DNA from: a virus
Taxonomy: Duplodnaviria; Caudoviricetes
IMG/VR virus record: IMGVR_UViG_3300032073_003536
Location: 1 to 61,879 of that record
Strand: one strand, 5' to 3'
DNA: 61,879 nt
In this document: one piece after another, positions 36,473-46,388 of the stretch
Numbering within the stretch: position 1 is the first letter of the stretch
How the letters are laid out: every line of letters begins with the position of its first letter
Notes under the pieces: model-generated
What the model saw: only the letters and a program-made list of their open reading frames with translations
Told to the model about the DNA's origin: nothing
The model's database searches: none
Position numbers and translations under genes: made by a program

Positions 36473-37591
36473 ATGCGTATTGAAGAAGACATTAAACTAG
36501 ATTACAATGACGTTTTACTTAGACCCAAACGTAGTACAATGGGTAGCCGTAAAGAAGTAGATTTACAAAGACAATTTACTTTTATGAACAGTAAAAAAAC
36601 ATTTAACGGTATTCCAATTATTGCCAGTAACATGCATGGAGTTGGAACATTTAGAATGGCAGAAGAACTTATTAAAGTTCCAATGTTTACCACGTTATGC
36701 AAAGATTATCAAACAGCAGACATTTGGGATTGGTTAAGTAATCATGTACATAAGCCAGACTTATGTAACCTAACAGCGGTGTGTACGGGCATCACAGACG
36801 TTGATAACGAGCGTATCGAAGCAACACTTAAACTATGCAGAAGCATTCAATATGTTTGCATTGATGTAGCAAATGGTTACAGTGAAAGATTTTTAGATTA
36901 TGTAGCACGTTTTAGAGACAAGCACCCGGACATTACAATTATAGCAGGTAATGTTGTAACAGGTGATATCACAGAGGAGTTACTCCTCAAAGGAGCAGAC
37001 ATTGTTAAAGTTGGCATTGGGCCTGGTAGTGTTTGTACTACTAGGATTAAGACTGGCATTGGATATCCGCAACTATCAGCCGTTATGGAATGTGCCGATG
37101 CCGCTCATGGTCTTGGCGGACACATCATTGCTGATGGCGGTTGTGCAAGTGCTGGAGATGTAGTTAAAGCATTTGCCGGTGGAGCCGACTTTGTACAACT
37201 AGGAGGTTTACTAGCAGGTACAGATGAAGGTGGCGGTGATGTAATAACAAAATCCTATATAACAAACGAACAACAAGAAAGCACTTCAGCAGGTGTTGGC
37301 AAAAGAGTACAAAAAAGTTATGTAGAATTTTATGGTAATAGTACCACAATAGCACAGGAGGATTTCGGTGGCGTACAAGAGCATAGAACAAGTGAAGGTA
37401 GAATTGTCCAAGTTCCTTATAGAGGTGCAGTTAAGTCCGCAGTTGGGGATATACTTGGAGGCTTGCGTAGTGGTTGCACTTATGTTGGTGCTCACTCTTT
37501 AAAAGAACTTAGTAAGCGAACAACATTTGTAAAAGTAAACGGTGGAAGAACTTATAACAATACGTTCGAACAATTAACAGTAGGTGAATGA
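36473..37591 (+). CDS. guaC: GMP reductase
   Basis: DVLLRPKRST, IDVANGYSE, GIGPGSVCTTR, ADGGC, SEGR. Confidence 0.95.
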   Translation: MRIEEDIKLDYNDVLLRPKRSTMGSRKEVDLQRQFTFMNSKKTFNGIPIIASNMHGVGTFRMAEELIKVPMFTTLCKDYQTADIWDWLSNHVHKPDLCNLTAVCTGITDVDNERIEATLKLCRSIQYVCIDVANGYSERFLDYVARFRDKHPDITIIAGNVVTGDITEELLLKGADIVKVGIGPGSVCTTRIKTGIGYPQLSAVMECADAAHGLGGHIIADGGCASAGDVVKAFAGGADFVQLGGLLAGTDEGGGDVITKSYITNEQQESTSAGVGKRVQKSYVEFYGNSTTIAQEDFGGVQEHRTSEGRIVQVPYRGAVKSAVGDILGGLRSGCTYVGAHSLKELSKRTTFVKVNGGRTYNNTFEQLTVGE

Positions 37592-38190
37592 AATATTTGA
37601 TTAAAACACCTGGTAGAACAGGATCGCATTTAATAGTAGATTACATTCGTAGTAATGAAGATTTAGAATTTACTATTTTTAATGAAAAAAGTGATGCATA
37701 CAGTCCTGAAAAATATTTAACAAAAGGAATAATTTTTGACCATAGTGTTTCTATACCAAAAAACACAAAAGATGCAATACTTATAATTAGTAAACGCAAA
37801 AATATTGCACATCAATTGTTAAGTGGCTGGGTAGGAATTTTAAGAGCAACACAAGATCCAGATAAAGATTTTGAAAAAGTAAATCATTTCAACTCATTAG
37901 CATTACCAATTGGATTAGCAGAATTATATAAAGTACAAAATGAACACTACGAACACTTAAAAACTTTACCTTGGAAAGCAATACACGAATTTTATATGGA
38001 AGATTTTTTAGAAGATCCTAGTGTATTGTGTAGTATTAATAATGGTAAAGCACCAAACGATTGGAAACATGCAGAAGAATATGGGCCTGAAAATTCAGGT
38101 TTAGCAATAAATTATAAGGAATTTTTTAATATGCCGATAGATGCACATTTGCATATAAAACAAATATGCGGGGAGATAGGAATAAAATGA
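37588..38190 (+). CDS. Sulfotransferase-like protein
   Basis: N-terminal PGRTGSHLI (5'-PSB-like) and R.N...QLLS (3'-PB-like). Confidence 0.5.
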   Translation: MKYLIKTPGRTGSHLIVDYIRSNEDLEFTIFNEKSDAYSPEKYLTKGIIFDHSVSIPKNTKDAILIISKRKNIAHQLLSGWVGILRATQDPDKDFEKVNHFNSLALPIGLAELYKVQNEHYEHLKTLPWKAIHEFYMEDFLEDPSVLCSINNGKAPNDWKHAEEYGPENSGLAINYKEFFNMPIDAHLHIKQICGEIGIK

Positions 38191-38396
38191 AATACAGTAT
38201 AACAGTACCAATGCCACATGGAGACAGTTTAAAAGCAATGGGGCAAACATCTATTCTTTCTGACCTAACATTAATAGTTAATGACGGTTGGGCAACATTT
38301 ATAGGTGAGGCAAATACTCCAGAAGAGTTCGAGCAGGACTTGATAGATTCAATAGACGGAGTACCGACAGGAGTTAAAGCCGTTGAAGTCTGGTGA
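38187..38396 (+). CDS. Hypothetical protein
   Basis: Coupled ORF. Confidence 0.6.
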   Translation: MKYSITVPMPHGDSLKAMGQTSILSDLTLIVNDGWATFIGEANTPEEFEQDLIDSIDGVPTGVKAVEVW

Positions 38397-38658
38397 TGAA
38401 CATAATGAAAGACAATACTACAGTAGTAAGACAGGCATGATTATACCAGATAGTAAAAAAGCAGAACATATCATATGGGAATTAAAACATGAAATGTCTA
38501 ATCCCCGCAATGATGGTTGGACTGGTTCAGATATGAAAAAAAGATTATGGGATATAAAAATGGCAGTAGATAAAGCATTAATAAATGCTCCAGAATATAC
38601 AAATGATCCTCCTTATGAAGATATATACTTGATAGAAAGACTAAAAGGTAAAGTATGA
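38383..38658 (+). CDS. Hypothetical protein
   Basis: NPRNDGWT phage-type motif. Confidence 0.65.
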   Translation: MKSGDEHNERQYYSSKTGMIIPDSKKAEHIIWELKHEMSNPRNDGWTGSDMKKRLWDIKMAVDKALINAPEYTNDPPYEDIYLIERLKGKV

Positions 38659-39440
38659 AATTAGGTATTATTGGTAAAGGATTTGTAGGCTCAGCAGTAG
38701 CACATGGCTTTGACAAAGACTGTGAACAAGTTATAGTAGATCCTAAATATACCGATAATGAAATAACAGATGTATTAGATTGTAAATTAGTATTTGTTTG
38801 TGTACCAACACCACCTAACGAAGATGGCAGTATAAATGTAGACATAGTTCATGATGTTTTAATAGAATTATCTATGCGAGATTACAAGGGTGTTGTAGTT
38901 GTAAAAAGTACAATTATACCAGATTACTTACATGAATTTAAAAAAGAGTTTGATTTAAAAATAGTTTACAATCCAGAGTTTCTTACAGAATCAAATGCAA
39001 ATGAAGACTTTAAAAATCCTCCCTTCCAAGTATTTGGAGGCAAGTGGAGAGATTGTGAAGTTGTTGAAAAAGCATATCTTAGACACAGTTCAGTTAGAAT
39101 TGTACCTACATTTAAAGTAGACTTAACCACAGCAAGTCTTTTAAAATACACAATTAACAGTTGGTTAGCAACTAAAGTAACATTCTTTAACGAATTAAAA
39201 CAACTACATGAACTAGGAAGTAGTATGGTAAGTTGGGAACAATTTACAGACATGTTAAGTAGAGATGACCGTATAGGCAATAGCCATATGAAAGTACCTG
39301 GCCCGGATGGAGAGCCTGGATTTGGAGGACATTGTTTCCCTAAAGACACAGAAGCATTACTACACTATGCAAATAACAAAAATATCAAGATGAGTGTATT
39401 GCGTAAAGCAGTACAGACCAACAAAAAACTCCGAGATTAA
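38655..39440 (+). CDS. UDP-glucose/GDP-mannose dehydrogenase family (short form)
   Basis: GKGFVG, VPTP, KST, NPEFL, GFGGHCFPKD. Confidence 0.92.
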   Translation: MKLGIIGKGFVGSAVAHGFDKDCEQVIVDPKYTDNEITDVLDCKLVFVCVPTPPNEDGSINVDIVHDVLIELSMRDYKGVVVVKSTIIPDYLHEFKKEFDLKIVYNPEFLTESNANEDFKNPPFQVFGGKWRDCEVVEKAYLRHSSVRIVPTFKVDLTTASLLKYTINSWLATKVTFFNELKQLHELGSSMVSWEQFTDMLSRDDRIGNSHMKVPGPDGEPGFGGHCFPKDTEALLHYANNKNIKMSVLRKAVQTNKKLRD

Positions 39441-39524
39441 GATAAATACTATTGTCTATACGCAAGACGAAACTAGATACAATGCGTAATAAATGGGTTT
39501 AGACACCCTAGACGGAGAAATAAT

Positions 39525-40157
39525 ATGTTTAGAAATATGCTTAAAAAGGCAATTCACAAGAGCCAGCATGTTCAGAGAAACTGGGACCTATCACAAGAAA
39601 TTCCACAAGAAGATATAGATATCATTGCAGAGTCAGTGATTGGTGCACCTAGTAAACAGAACATCAAGTTCTTTAAGCCTTATTTTATCACAGATAGAAA
39701 AAAGATTGAAGCAATACACAGAAACACTTTGGGATTCATGATTGAAGACGGAAAGCAAGGCGGTAAAGCATTAAAGGGAGACAGGTTAACAACTAACCCT
39801 CAAACTTTAGCACAGTTACTAATTGTTTTTGTTAAAGATTGGGATAGCAAAGATGCAAAAAATAAAACTGATATTAGTTGGGACGAAGAAGTTATGGAAT
39901 ATGACATGCACCAAGCACTTGGTGTAGCGGCAGGATACTGTAACATGACATCAGCACTATTAGGCTATGGCACAGGATGTTGTAGTTGTTGTGACAAAGA
40001 TGCAATCCGAAGAATATTAGGTATTGATGAAAAACCATTACTATTAATGGGAGTTGGTATTCCTGATGGCAGTAAGCCAAGAAGAGAGCACCACTTAAAT
40101 CCAAACTTAACTTTCCCTACTAAAAGGAAAGACATCAAAGCAGAATACATTAGTTAA
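39525..40157 (+). CDS. Nitroreductase-family flavoprotein
   Basis: QRNWD, APSKQN, LLGYGTGCC, LLMGVG. Confidence 0.8.
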   Translation: MFRNMLKKAIHKSQHVQRNWDLSQEIPQEDIDIIAESVIGAPSKQNIKFFKPYFITDRKKIEAIHRNTLGFMIEDGKQGGKALKGDRLTTNPQTLAQLLIVFVKDWDSKDAKNKTDISWDEEVMEYDMHQALGVAAGYCNMTSALLGYGTGCCSCCDKDAIRRILGIDEKPLLLMGVGIPDGSKPRREHHLNPNLTFPTKRKDIKAEYIS

Positions 40158-40171
40158 TTTTGTACAAAATT

Positions 40172-40202
40172 AAAGCCAGACTTTATAGTTTGGCTTTTTT
40201 TT
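40172..40202 (+). terminator. Rho-independent terminator
   Basis: AAAGCCAGAC...GTTTGGCTTTTTTT. Confidence 0.85.
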
Positions 40203-40240
40203 GACTACTAAATATGTACTTTACAGGATTATGTTAAAAT

Positions 40241-40759
40241 ATGTGGCAAAAAATATTTTGGTGGTTAGCAAAACGTAGAGGCACAGAGACCTTAACGAAC
40301 ATATATACTGACTTTGAATATATGCACAGAGTATTTTTGGGTAGACAAATTCATAGAAAAGGAATAGCAGGTGACTACCATGGTGGTAGAGTTTGTTTAA
40401 ACTTAATATTAGGAAGTGATTTACCCACAGAGCATAATCATCCATGGGGTTACTTTACACTCATACTGTCGGGAGGATACTATGAGGTTAGAGGTAAGGA
40501 AAGAAAGTGGAGAGGTCCAGGCTGGTTTGCTTGGCGTAGTCACAATGATTTCCATAGAGTTGAAATCCCTGATGGAGGATATGCAGTAACATTTTTTGTA
40601 AAAGGACAACATGGCAAAATGGGTTCGTTTTTTATGGATAAAGGCAAACCCACAAAAGATTTAAAATTCTGGTTACGAAGAGGTGTAACAAGAGAAAAAA
40701 TAGCGGAGATGATTAAACTTAAATCTCCAGAGGACATTAAAAAAGATGAAGTTAATTGA
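40241..40759 (+). CDS. Cupin-like phage protein
   Basis: HNHPW...ILSGGYYE...FHRVE. Confidence 0.7.
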   Translation: MWQKIFWWLAKRRGTETLTNIYTDFEYMHRVFLGRQIHRKGIAGDYHGGRVCLNLILGSDLPTEHNHPWGYFTLILSGGYYEVRGKERKWRGPGWFAWRSHNDFHRVEIPDGGYAVTFFVKGQHGKMGSFFMDKGKPTKDLKFWLRRGVTREKIAEMIKLKSPEDIKKDEVN

Positions 40760-41693
40760 CGATATTTTAAAACTAACTCCAGGAGATGGAGAAGCAATAG
40801 ACGAATGGTACATTGATAAATTAGCATACCAAATAGACAAAGGGATATATCCTAAAAGAGCAACACTAGGCAATATTGTTGAAAAAATTGTTGCAGGATT
40901 AAAAGATTATAAACATAAACATGGCATAGAAAATATAGTAGTAGGACAAAGTGGAGGCATTGATAGTGCCTTAACTGCCGCATTATTTAAACAAGCAGGT
41001 TGGATTACACATGGTGTAACAATGCCTATTCATCAAATAGAACAAGAAACAAATAGAGGTATTGAAAACATTGATGCTTTACAATTAGAAAAGCACCATT
41101 ACGACCTATCAGAACAGTTTGACAGTATGTTAAATTTCTTAGGAACAACTGGAAATACATACAAAGGGCAACAAAGGCAAGGAAATATTAGAGCAAGATT
41201 GAGAATGATTACTCTATATAATCTTGCACACAAACTTAACGGATGTGTAGCAAGTACAGATAACTTTAGTGAATTAGCCGCAGGGTTTTGGACATTACAT
41301 GGTGATGTGGGAGACATTGCACCTATACAATCACTAACAAAAAGTTGGGAGGTACCAGCACTAGCAGACATGCTAGATATACCGAAAAACACTATTACAG
41401 CACTACCTACAGACGGGTTAGGCATAAGTACTAGTGATGCGGACCAACTCGGAATGAACTATTTAGAGTTTGATATATTATTATTTGAACTACTAAGTTT
41501 ACCTGAAATTAATGAAGATAACCTTAGAAAGCATATAAATACTATAGAAGACGATGAAATTAGAGATAAAGCATGGCTTGTCGCTAATAGAGTTAAAGGT
41601 ACTGCTTTTAAAAGAGCAAATCCTTTCAACTTAGTTCATCCTGTATTTAGCGACAGATTCGCTATATTAGACAAACTAGACAGGAGTTTATAA
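40746..41693 (+). CDS. nadE: NH3-dependent NAD+ synthetase
   Basis: SGGIDS, GNIRARLRM, TDNFSE, GFWTLHGD, PTDGL. Confidence 0.93.
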   Translation: MKLIDDILKLTPGDGEAIDEWYIDKLAYQIDKGIYPKRATLGNIVEKIVAGLKDYKHKHGIENIVVGQSGGIDSALTAALFKQAGWITHGVTMPIHQIEQETNRGIENIDALQLEKHHYDLSEQFDSMLNFLGTTGNTYKGQQRQGNIRARLRMITLYNLAHKLNGCVASTDNFSELAAGFWTLHGDVGDIAPIQSLTKSWEVPALADMLDIPKNTITALPTDGLGISTSDADQLGMNYLEFDILLFELLSLPEINEDNLRKHINTIEDDEIRDKAWLVANRVKGTAFKRANPFNLVHPVFSDRFAILDKLDRSL

Positions 41694-41694
41694 A

Positions 41695-41976
41695 ATGGGA
41701 ATATTTAATTGGTTAAAAAATCTTTTTAGTTCACCATCACCAGTAGAACCAACACCTGCTCCAGCACCAGCACCGGTTTCAAAGCCTGCTCCTAAAAAAG
41801 CAGAACCTAAGAAAGCAGTTGCAAAGGCTGAACCTAAAGTGACCAAAGCAAGTTTATCAAAACTTACTAAAAGTCAAATTGAGGAAAAGGGTAGAGAATT
41901 TGGTATCGAAGTTGATAAGAGACAGAAAAAAGACAAACTAATTTCAGAAGTATTAGCCGCATCTAAGAAAGCATAA
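41695..41976 (+). CDS. Pro/Ala/Lys-linker protein with C-terminal HeH/Rho-N-like motif
   Basis: LSKLTKSQIEEKGREFGIEVDKRQKKDKLI. Confidence 0.65.
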   Translation: MGIFNWLKNLFSSPSPVEPTPAPAPAPVSKPAPKKAEPKKAVAKAEPKVTKASLSKLTKSQIEEKGREFGIEVDKRQKKDKLISEVLAASKKA

Positions 41977-41995
41977 TAGTTTTCTAAGCAGGCTA

Positions 41996-43876
41996 ATGAA
42001 AGAAAAAATTGTTTTAGTTCAGCCCAACTTCAAAATCGGCGGCGGTAGTTTTACAGGTTACTGGCTACCTTATTCTGTTGGATGTCTTTGGAGTTATGCA
42101 AGTAAGCATACTTGGGTAACAGACAATTTTGAAGTTCAAGACTTAATATACAAACGTGAGCAACCTAGCAAATTAATACAACGTATTAAGAATTGCAAGG
42201 TTGCATTCTTTTCCAATTACATGTGGAATTGGGAATACAATAAGCATATCGCTGAACAATTAAAGATTGAAAATCCGGACATCAAAATCGTATTTGGTGG
42301 TCCTCAAGTCACGACTAGACCACAAGAAGAAGAATTCTTCAAACATCACCCATACGTCGACAGCATTAGTCTCACAGAAGGCGAAGAGTCTTTTGTAAGC
42401 ATTCTTGACGCAATATTACACAAAAAGCCGTTAAAAGACGTCTATGAAGGCGAGCGACTAGTGGATTTAGACATACCCAGCCCATATCTTACAGGAGTAT
42501 TTGATAAGATAATGGCTGAAGCACCTAAAGACCAACTATGGAACGGAACCATAGAAACAAATAGAGGGTGTCCTTTTGCATGTACATTTTGTGATTGGGG
42601 TAGTTTAACCTATGCTAAGATTAAAAAGTTTCCTATACCAAAAGTATTACAGGAACTTACATGGATGTCAGAACGACAAATAGACTATGTTACTATTGCT
42701 GATGCAAACTTTGGCGTATTCACAGATAGAGACTTAGAGTTTACAGAAAGGTTAGTTGACTTACAAAACAAAAATGGATTTCCTAAAGTAGTAGATGCTA
42801 CTTGGTATAAGAATAGTAGTGATGAGATTTTAGAAATTGTTAAGAAGTTTATTAGCAGTGGTTTCAATAGAGGACTAACTCTTAGTGTGCAAAGTATGGA
42901 CATGGATGTATTAGAAGAAATTAAAAGACGTAATATGGAAATGTCTGACCTCAAAATGATTTTTGAAAAATGCAATAGGGAAGGCATACCTAGTTATACA
43001 GAACTTATATTAGGCTTACCTAAGGAAACATATGAAAGTTGGAAAGCAGGATTGTGTGAAGTAATTAAAGCAGGACAACACAATGCTATAGAAAGTTGGT
43101 TAGCACAAATGTTAGAAAACGCACATATGAACTTACCTTCAGAAATTGAAAAGCATGGTATTACAACAGTTGTTGTAGAAAACTATGTTAGTGGATTCGA
43201 AGAGGAAGATAATATCTTTGAAAAAGTTAATTTAGTTACAGGTACAAAATATATGCCAACGCCAAAGTTTATTGACAGTTGGTTATATGCATGGGTTATT
43301 AATAACTTTCATAACTATGGTTGGAGCCAAGCAATAGCAAGATTAATATATGAGAAGAATGGTATTGAGTATGAGCAAACATACGATATGCTTTTCCAAG
43401 CATGTTTAGAAGACGAAGGTGTAGTTGGTCAACTAATACGAACAGCAAAAGAACAAATTACATTTTATTTAGAAACAGGTAGAAGCGATGGTCCTGGCAT
43501 ACTACAAGGGTTTAGTGGTCATACTTTAATGTGGGAGGCACAAACAGACTTCCACAAAAACGATAAAGCAATTAAAGAATTTGTAAAGAAACATCTTACA
43601 CAAGAATACTGTAACCTAGATGACCATATGTATCAACATCTATTACAATTCCAACATAATTATACTACAGCAGAAGATACAGTATATCCATACTGGGCAA
43701 ACACTGGATATAACTTTTACGAATACATAAACGGTATAGATAAAGAACTTACAAGTACAAAAGACAATTATCAATTCGACATTGCCGAACATGTCAAAGG
43801 CGAAGAATACTTTAATAGATTATACTTCAGACGCAGACAAGGTTGGGGCAAATCCATAATCAGTCAAAATACTTAA
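41996..43876 (+). CDS. B12-binding-domain radical SAM protein
   Basis: VFGGP, ETNRGCPFACTFCDW (CxxxCxxC), DANFG, ILGLPKET. Confidence 0.92.
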   Translation: MKEKIVLVQPNFKIGGGSFTGYWLPYSVGCLWSYASKHTWVTDNFEVQDLIYKREQPSKLIQRIKNCKVAFFSNYMWNWEYNKHIAEQLKIENPDIKIVFGGPQVTTRPQEEEFFKHHPYVDSISLTEGEESFVSILDAILHKKPLKDVYEGERLVDLDIPSPYLTGVFDKIMAEAPKDQLWNGTIETNRGCPFACTFCDWGSLTYAKIKKFPIPKVLQELTWMSERQIDYVTIADANFGVFTDRDLEFTERLVDLQNKNGFPKVVDATWYKNSSDEILEIVKKFISSGFNRGLTLSVQSMDMDVLEEIKRRNMEMSDLKMIFEKCNREGIPSYTELILGLPKETYESWKAGLCEVIKAGQHNAIESWLAQMLENAHMNLPSEIEKHGITTVVVENYVSGFEEEDNIFEKVNLVTGTKYMPTPKFIDSWLYAWVINNFHNYGWSQAIARLIYEKNGIEYEQTYDMLFQACLEDEGVVGQLIRTAKEQITFYLETGRSDGPGILQGFSGHTLMWEAQTDFHKNDKAIKEFVKKHLTQEYCNLDDHMYQHLLQFQHNYTTAEDTVYPYWANTGYNFYEYINGIDKELTSTKDNYQFDIAEHVKGEEYFNRLYFRRRQGWGKSIISQNT

Positions 43877-43911
43877 AAAACTTAACAACTGTTATAACTT
43901 TTGATAAATAA

Positions 43912-44101
43912 GGTTGGAAGTTTAGCAATCCCCTTCCACAAGAGGACGGTTGTTGGAGGTCATTGACGTAATATGTATTTACTGTAGGTTCCGTTTTGAG
44001 AATACATCATATGACTCCATAAAAAGTTTAGGAACTTTAACCCCTCAGCACTTGCCGTAAGGGAGTGTGAATTTGGGTGCTAATTAAAATATTAGACTCA
44101 A
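43912..44101 (+). ncRNA. Structured RNA or 5' leader with predicted pseudoknot
   Basis: Follows GATAAATA; nested stems, loop AGGTTCC pairing with GGAACTT, GUAA hairpin. Confidence 0.6.
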
Positions 44102-44111
44102 GGAGAGTAAG

Positions 44112-44285
44112 ATGATAGTAGATAATACTAAGTTCTTCTTTCAAAATATGACAAGTAGTTGGTCCAACTTTAAAGCAAAATATTGCCCTAATGGACAGAC
44201 TTGTAATGACATAGCAACTTTTGGAACATTAGGTTTCATGATTTGGTTTATGTACATTGCGATGGAGCCAATTATCAGATTTTAA
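44112..44285 (+). CDS. Small membrane protein (57 aa)
   Basis: AAGGAG RBS; CPNGQTC then a hydrophobic helix; absent from the ORF track. Confidence 0.7.
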   Translation: MIVDNTKFFFQNMTSSWSNFKAKYCPNGQTCNDIATFGTLGFMIWFMYIAMEPIIRF

Positions 44286-44359
44286 AACCTGTACTGTTGA
44301 ATTGAACGAATGACGAATAATTAAAAAACATAATGGAGCAATCCATTCTCCCATTTTTA

Positions 44360-44388
44360 GGCCCTGTAGAGATACAGGGTTTTTTTTG
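44360..44388 (+). terminator. Rho-independent terminator
   Basis: GGCCCTGTA-GAGA-TACAGGGTT plus T-run. Confidence 0.88.
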
Positions 44389-44466
44389 GGTAAATTTTGC
44401 ATAAATATACTTGTAATTATTTACACACAAATACAAGGTAGTAGGATACCAATTAGGAGTAACATT

Positions 44467-45258
44467 ATGGGATGGTTAGCCGACTGTTCTGAATCAGAAC
44501 GAGCCAGTGTCCTGGCTAAAATGGCAGGGAGAGCATATCTTAGTGAAAAAGAATTAAAAGCCACTGAGAAGACTCTTAAGATGCAAAGGGCAAAAGCAAA
44601 ATTTATACAAGATGGTGATGCAGAAGCATGGGTATTTATTACTCGTGACGATGCTATTATCGTAAGTTGCAGAGGAACTGAACCTACAGAGTTTAGAGAT
44701 ATACTAGCAGACTTAAAAACAATACCAGTAAGTCACCCTAGAGCGGGTCGAGTACATAAAGGTTTTAAAGAATATACAGATTTAGTATTTGACGAAATTC
44801 TAGAGCAAGTTAAAAAAATGCGTAAAAAAGAAGAGAACGTTTTTGTTGTTGGTCACTCATTAGGTGGAGCAATGGCAGTATTAGTTGCTGAAGGCTTACA
44901 AGCAGAAGGTATACCAATCAAGGAACTAAGAACATTTGGTCAACCAAGAGTTGGTAACAGAGCATTTAGAAGACATTTAGAAGGTTGTGACATTGGAAGA
45001 TATGTACGTTATGTAAATAACAACGATATAGTGCCTAGTGTACCACCTTGGTTATTTGGATTTGTGCATGGTGGCAATTTACATTATATTAACAGTTATG
45101 GTTTTATTAGAGATATGACTATATGGCAAAGAATTAAAGATGGTTGGAGAGGTTTTTGGGCCGCATGTAAGCAGTTTAAATTCTTTGATTTTGTAGCGGA
45201 TCATGGCATGCCTAATTATGTTGAGAAGGCAGGAAACATTGCAGACTTGGATAAATAG
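44467..45258 (+). CDS. Lipase class 3
   Basis: RGTE, VHKGF, GHSLGGA, TFGQPRVGN, DIVP, DH. Confidence 0.93.
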   Translation: MGWLADCSESERASVLAKMAGRAYLSEKELKATEKTLKMQRAKAKFIQDGDAEAWVFITRDDAIIVSCRGTEPTEFRDILADLKTIPVSHPRAGRVHKGFKEYTDLVFDEILEQVKKMRKKEENVFVVGHSLGGAMAVLVAEGLQAEGIPIKELRTFGQPRVGNRAFRRHLEGCDIGRYVRYVNNNDIVPSVPPWLFGFVHGGNLHYINSYGFIRDMTIWQRIKDGWRGFWAACKQFKFFDFVADHGMPNYVEKAGNIADLDK

Positions 45259-45278
45259 TAGTAACATAGGAGATTAAT

Positions 45279-45437
45279 ATGTTAGATTATATAAAATCAA
45301 GATTAAAAGAAAGGACTAGTTGGGATGGAAGTATCCTAATTGCAGGTGGTATTGTAATGATACTTGCACCTGTTAATTTAATTGCATACGGCATGATTGC
45401 CTACGGTGCATGGACTATCTGGAAAGAAGAGGACTAA
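45279..45437 (+). CDS. Small two-TM membrane protein (possible holin)
   Basis: AGGAG RBS; RLKERTSWDG then two hydrophobic helices; GATAAATA at 45250-45257. Confidence 0.65.
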   Translation: MLDYIKSRLKERTSWDGSILIAGGIVMILAPVNLIAYGMIAYGAWTIWKEED

Positions 45438-45441
45438 TTAA

Positions 45442-45858
45442 ATGGCAAGTTTTGCAGAAGAACAAAAAATTAAAGCACACATGGAATTGATTATTGAAGA
45501 CGGTGACTATAAAGCATACTTTAGTCAAGGTACTAATGCAGATGGCGTAAGTGCTTGGTACTTAACTAATGATTCTGATAAAGCGGCGGCAGATACTTTA
45601 TTAGATGCCAAAGTTGCAGAACTTACTGCTATCGGCGATGCTACTGCTAATGGCGAAGGACCTAGTGACTTTGATGGTTATACTCCAATTCATTTTGATG
45701 ACAGTATTGCAGATGCAGGCGTTGATTATAGAACTTGGTTTGTAGATGAAAATGCAGACTACTTTAAAGCAGACAACGGCAATAGTGATAGTTTAGTACA
45801 AGTTACTGAATCATCAGAAATCAGCACACTACTTACAGACAGCAATTACGTTGCTTAA
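45442..45858 (+). CDS. Acidic hypothetical protein
   Basis: D/E/A-rich ORF. Confidence 0.7.
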   Translation: MASFAEEQKIKAHMELIIEDGDYKAYFSQGTNADGVSAWYLTNDSDKAAADTLLDAKVAELTAIGDATANGEGPSDFDGYTPIHFDDSIADAGVDYRTWFVDENADYFKADNGNSDSLVQVTESSEISTLLTDSNYVA

Positions 45859-45957
45859 AAATTTATTTTTATAGGGGGAGAACTCTGCAGGTTCAAGCCC
45901 TATATTTCTACGGTCCAATTCTAGGGCCAGAATACTACTATTACAATTAAATACTAA

Positions 45958-45986
45958 TTGACAACGAGAACAAAAGGTAGTACAAT
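45958..45986 (+). promoter_or_regulatory. Sigma70-type promoter, predicted leaderless sufE transcript
   Basis: TTGACA-N17-TACAAT, 6 nt before the ATG. Confidence 0.78.
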
Positions 45987-45992
45987 TACACC

Positions 45993-46388
45993 ATGCAATT
46001 AGACAAAGAAGATTTAGACTTCCTTAATGAATTAGAGCCTAGCGACTTGTACGAATTAATCGTAGAAAAAGGAGTCGATACGGTACCAACTAAGGAACTA
46101 CTAGATGAATTATGTATAGATGATAATCGTGTATACGGTTGTCAAAGTCTAGTATGGGTCAATAGAATTGACGATAACTGGTACTGGGAGAGCAATGCAT
46201 TTTTTGTACAAGGTCTAATAAATGTAGTGATGACTCATGTTGTACACATGACAGATGAAGAGATAGGTAAAATTAAAGTAGACGACTTTGCATTTATTTG
46301 TCCTGAAAAAGTAACGTGGGGAAGAGTAAGAGGCATAGAAAGTTTCTTGCGTAAATTAAAATTAATTGTTAACGGAGAAACTAAATGA
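45993..46388 (+). CDS. sufE: Sulfur-transfer protein SufE
   Basis: [25 protein letters not shown]. Confidence 0.85.
   Translation: MQLDKEDLDFLNELEPSDLYELIVEKGVDTVPTKELLDELCIDDNRVYGCQSLVWVNRIDDNWYWESNAFFVQGLINVVMTHVVHMTDEEIGKIKVDDFAFICPEKVTWGRVRGIESFLRKLKLIVNGETK

Noticed and set aside
45870-45935. tRNA gene
   Set aside because: Only a T-loop-like word; no cloverleaf or CCA
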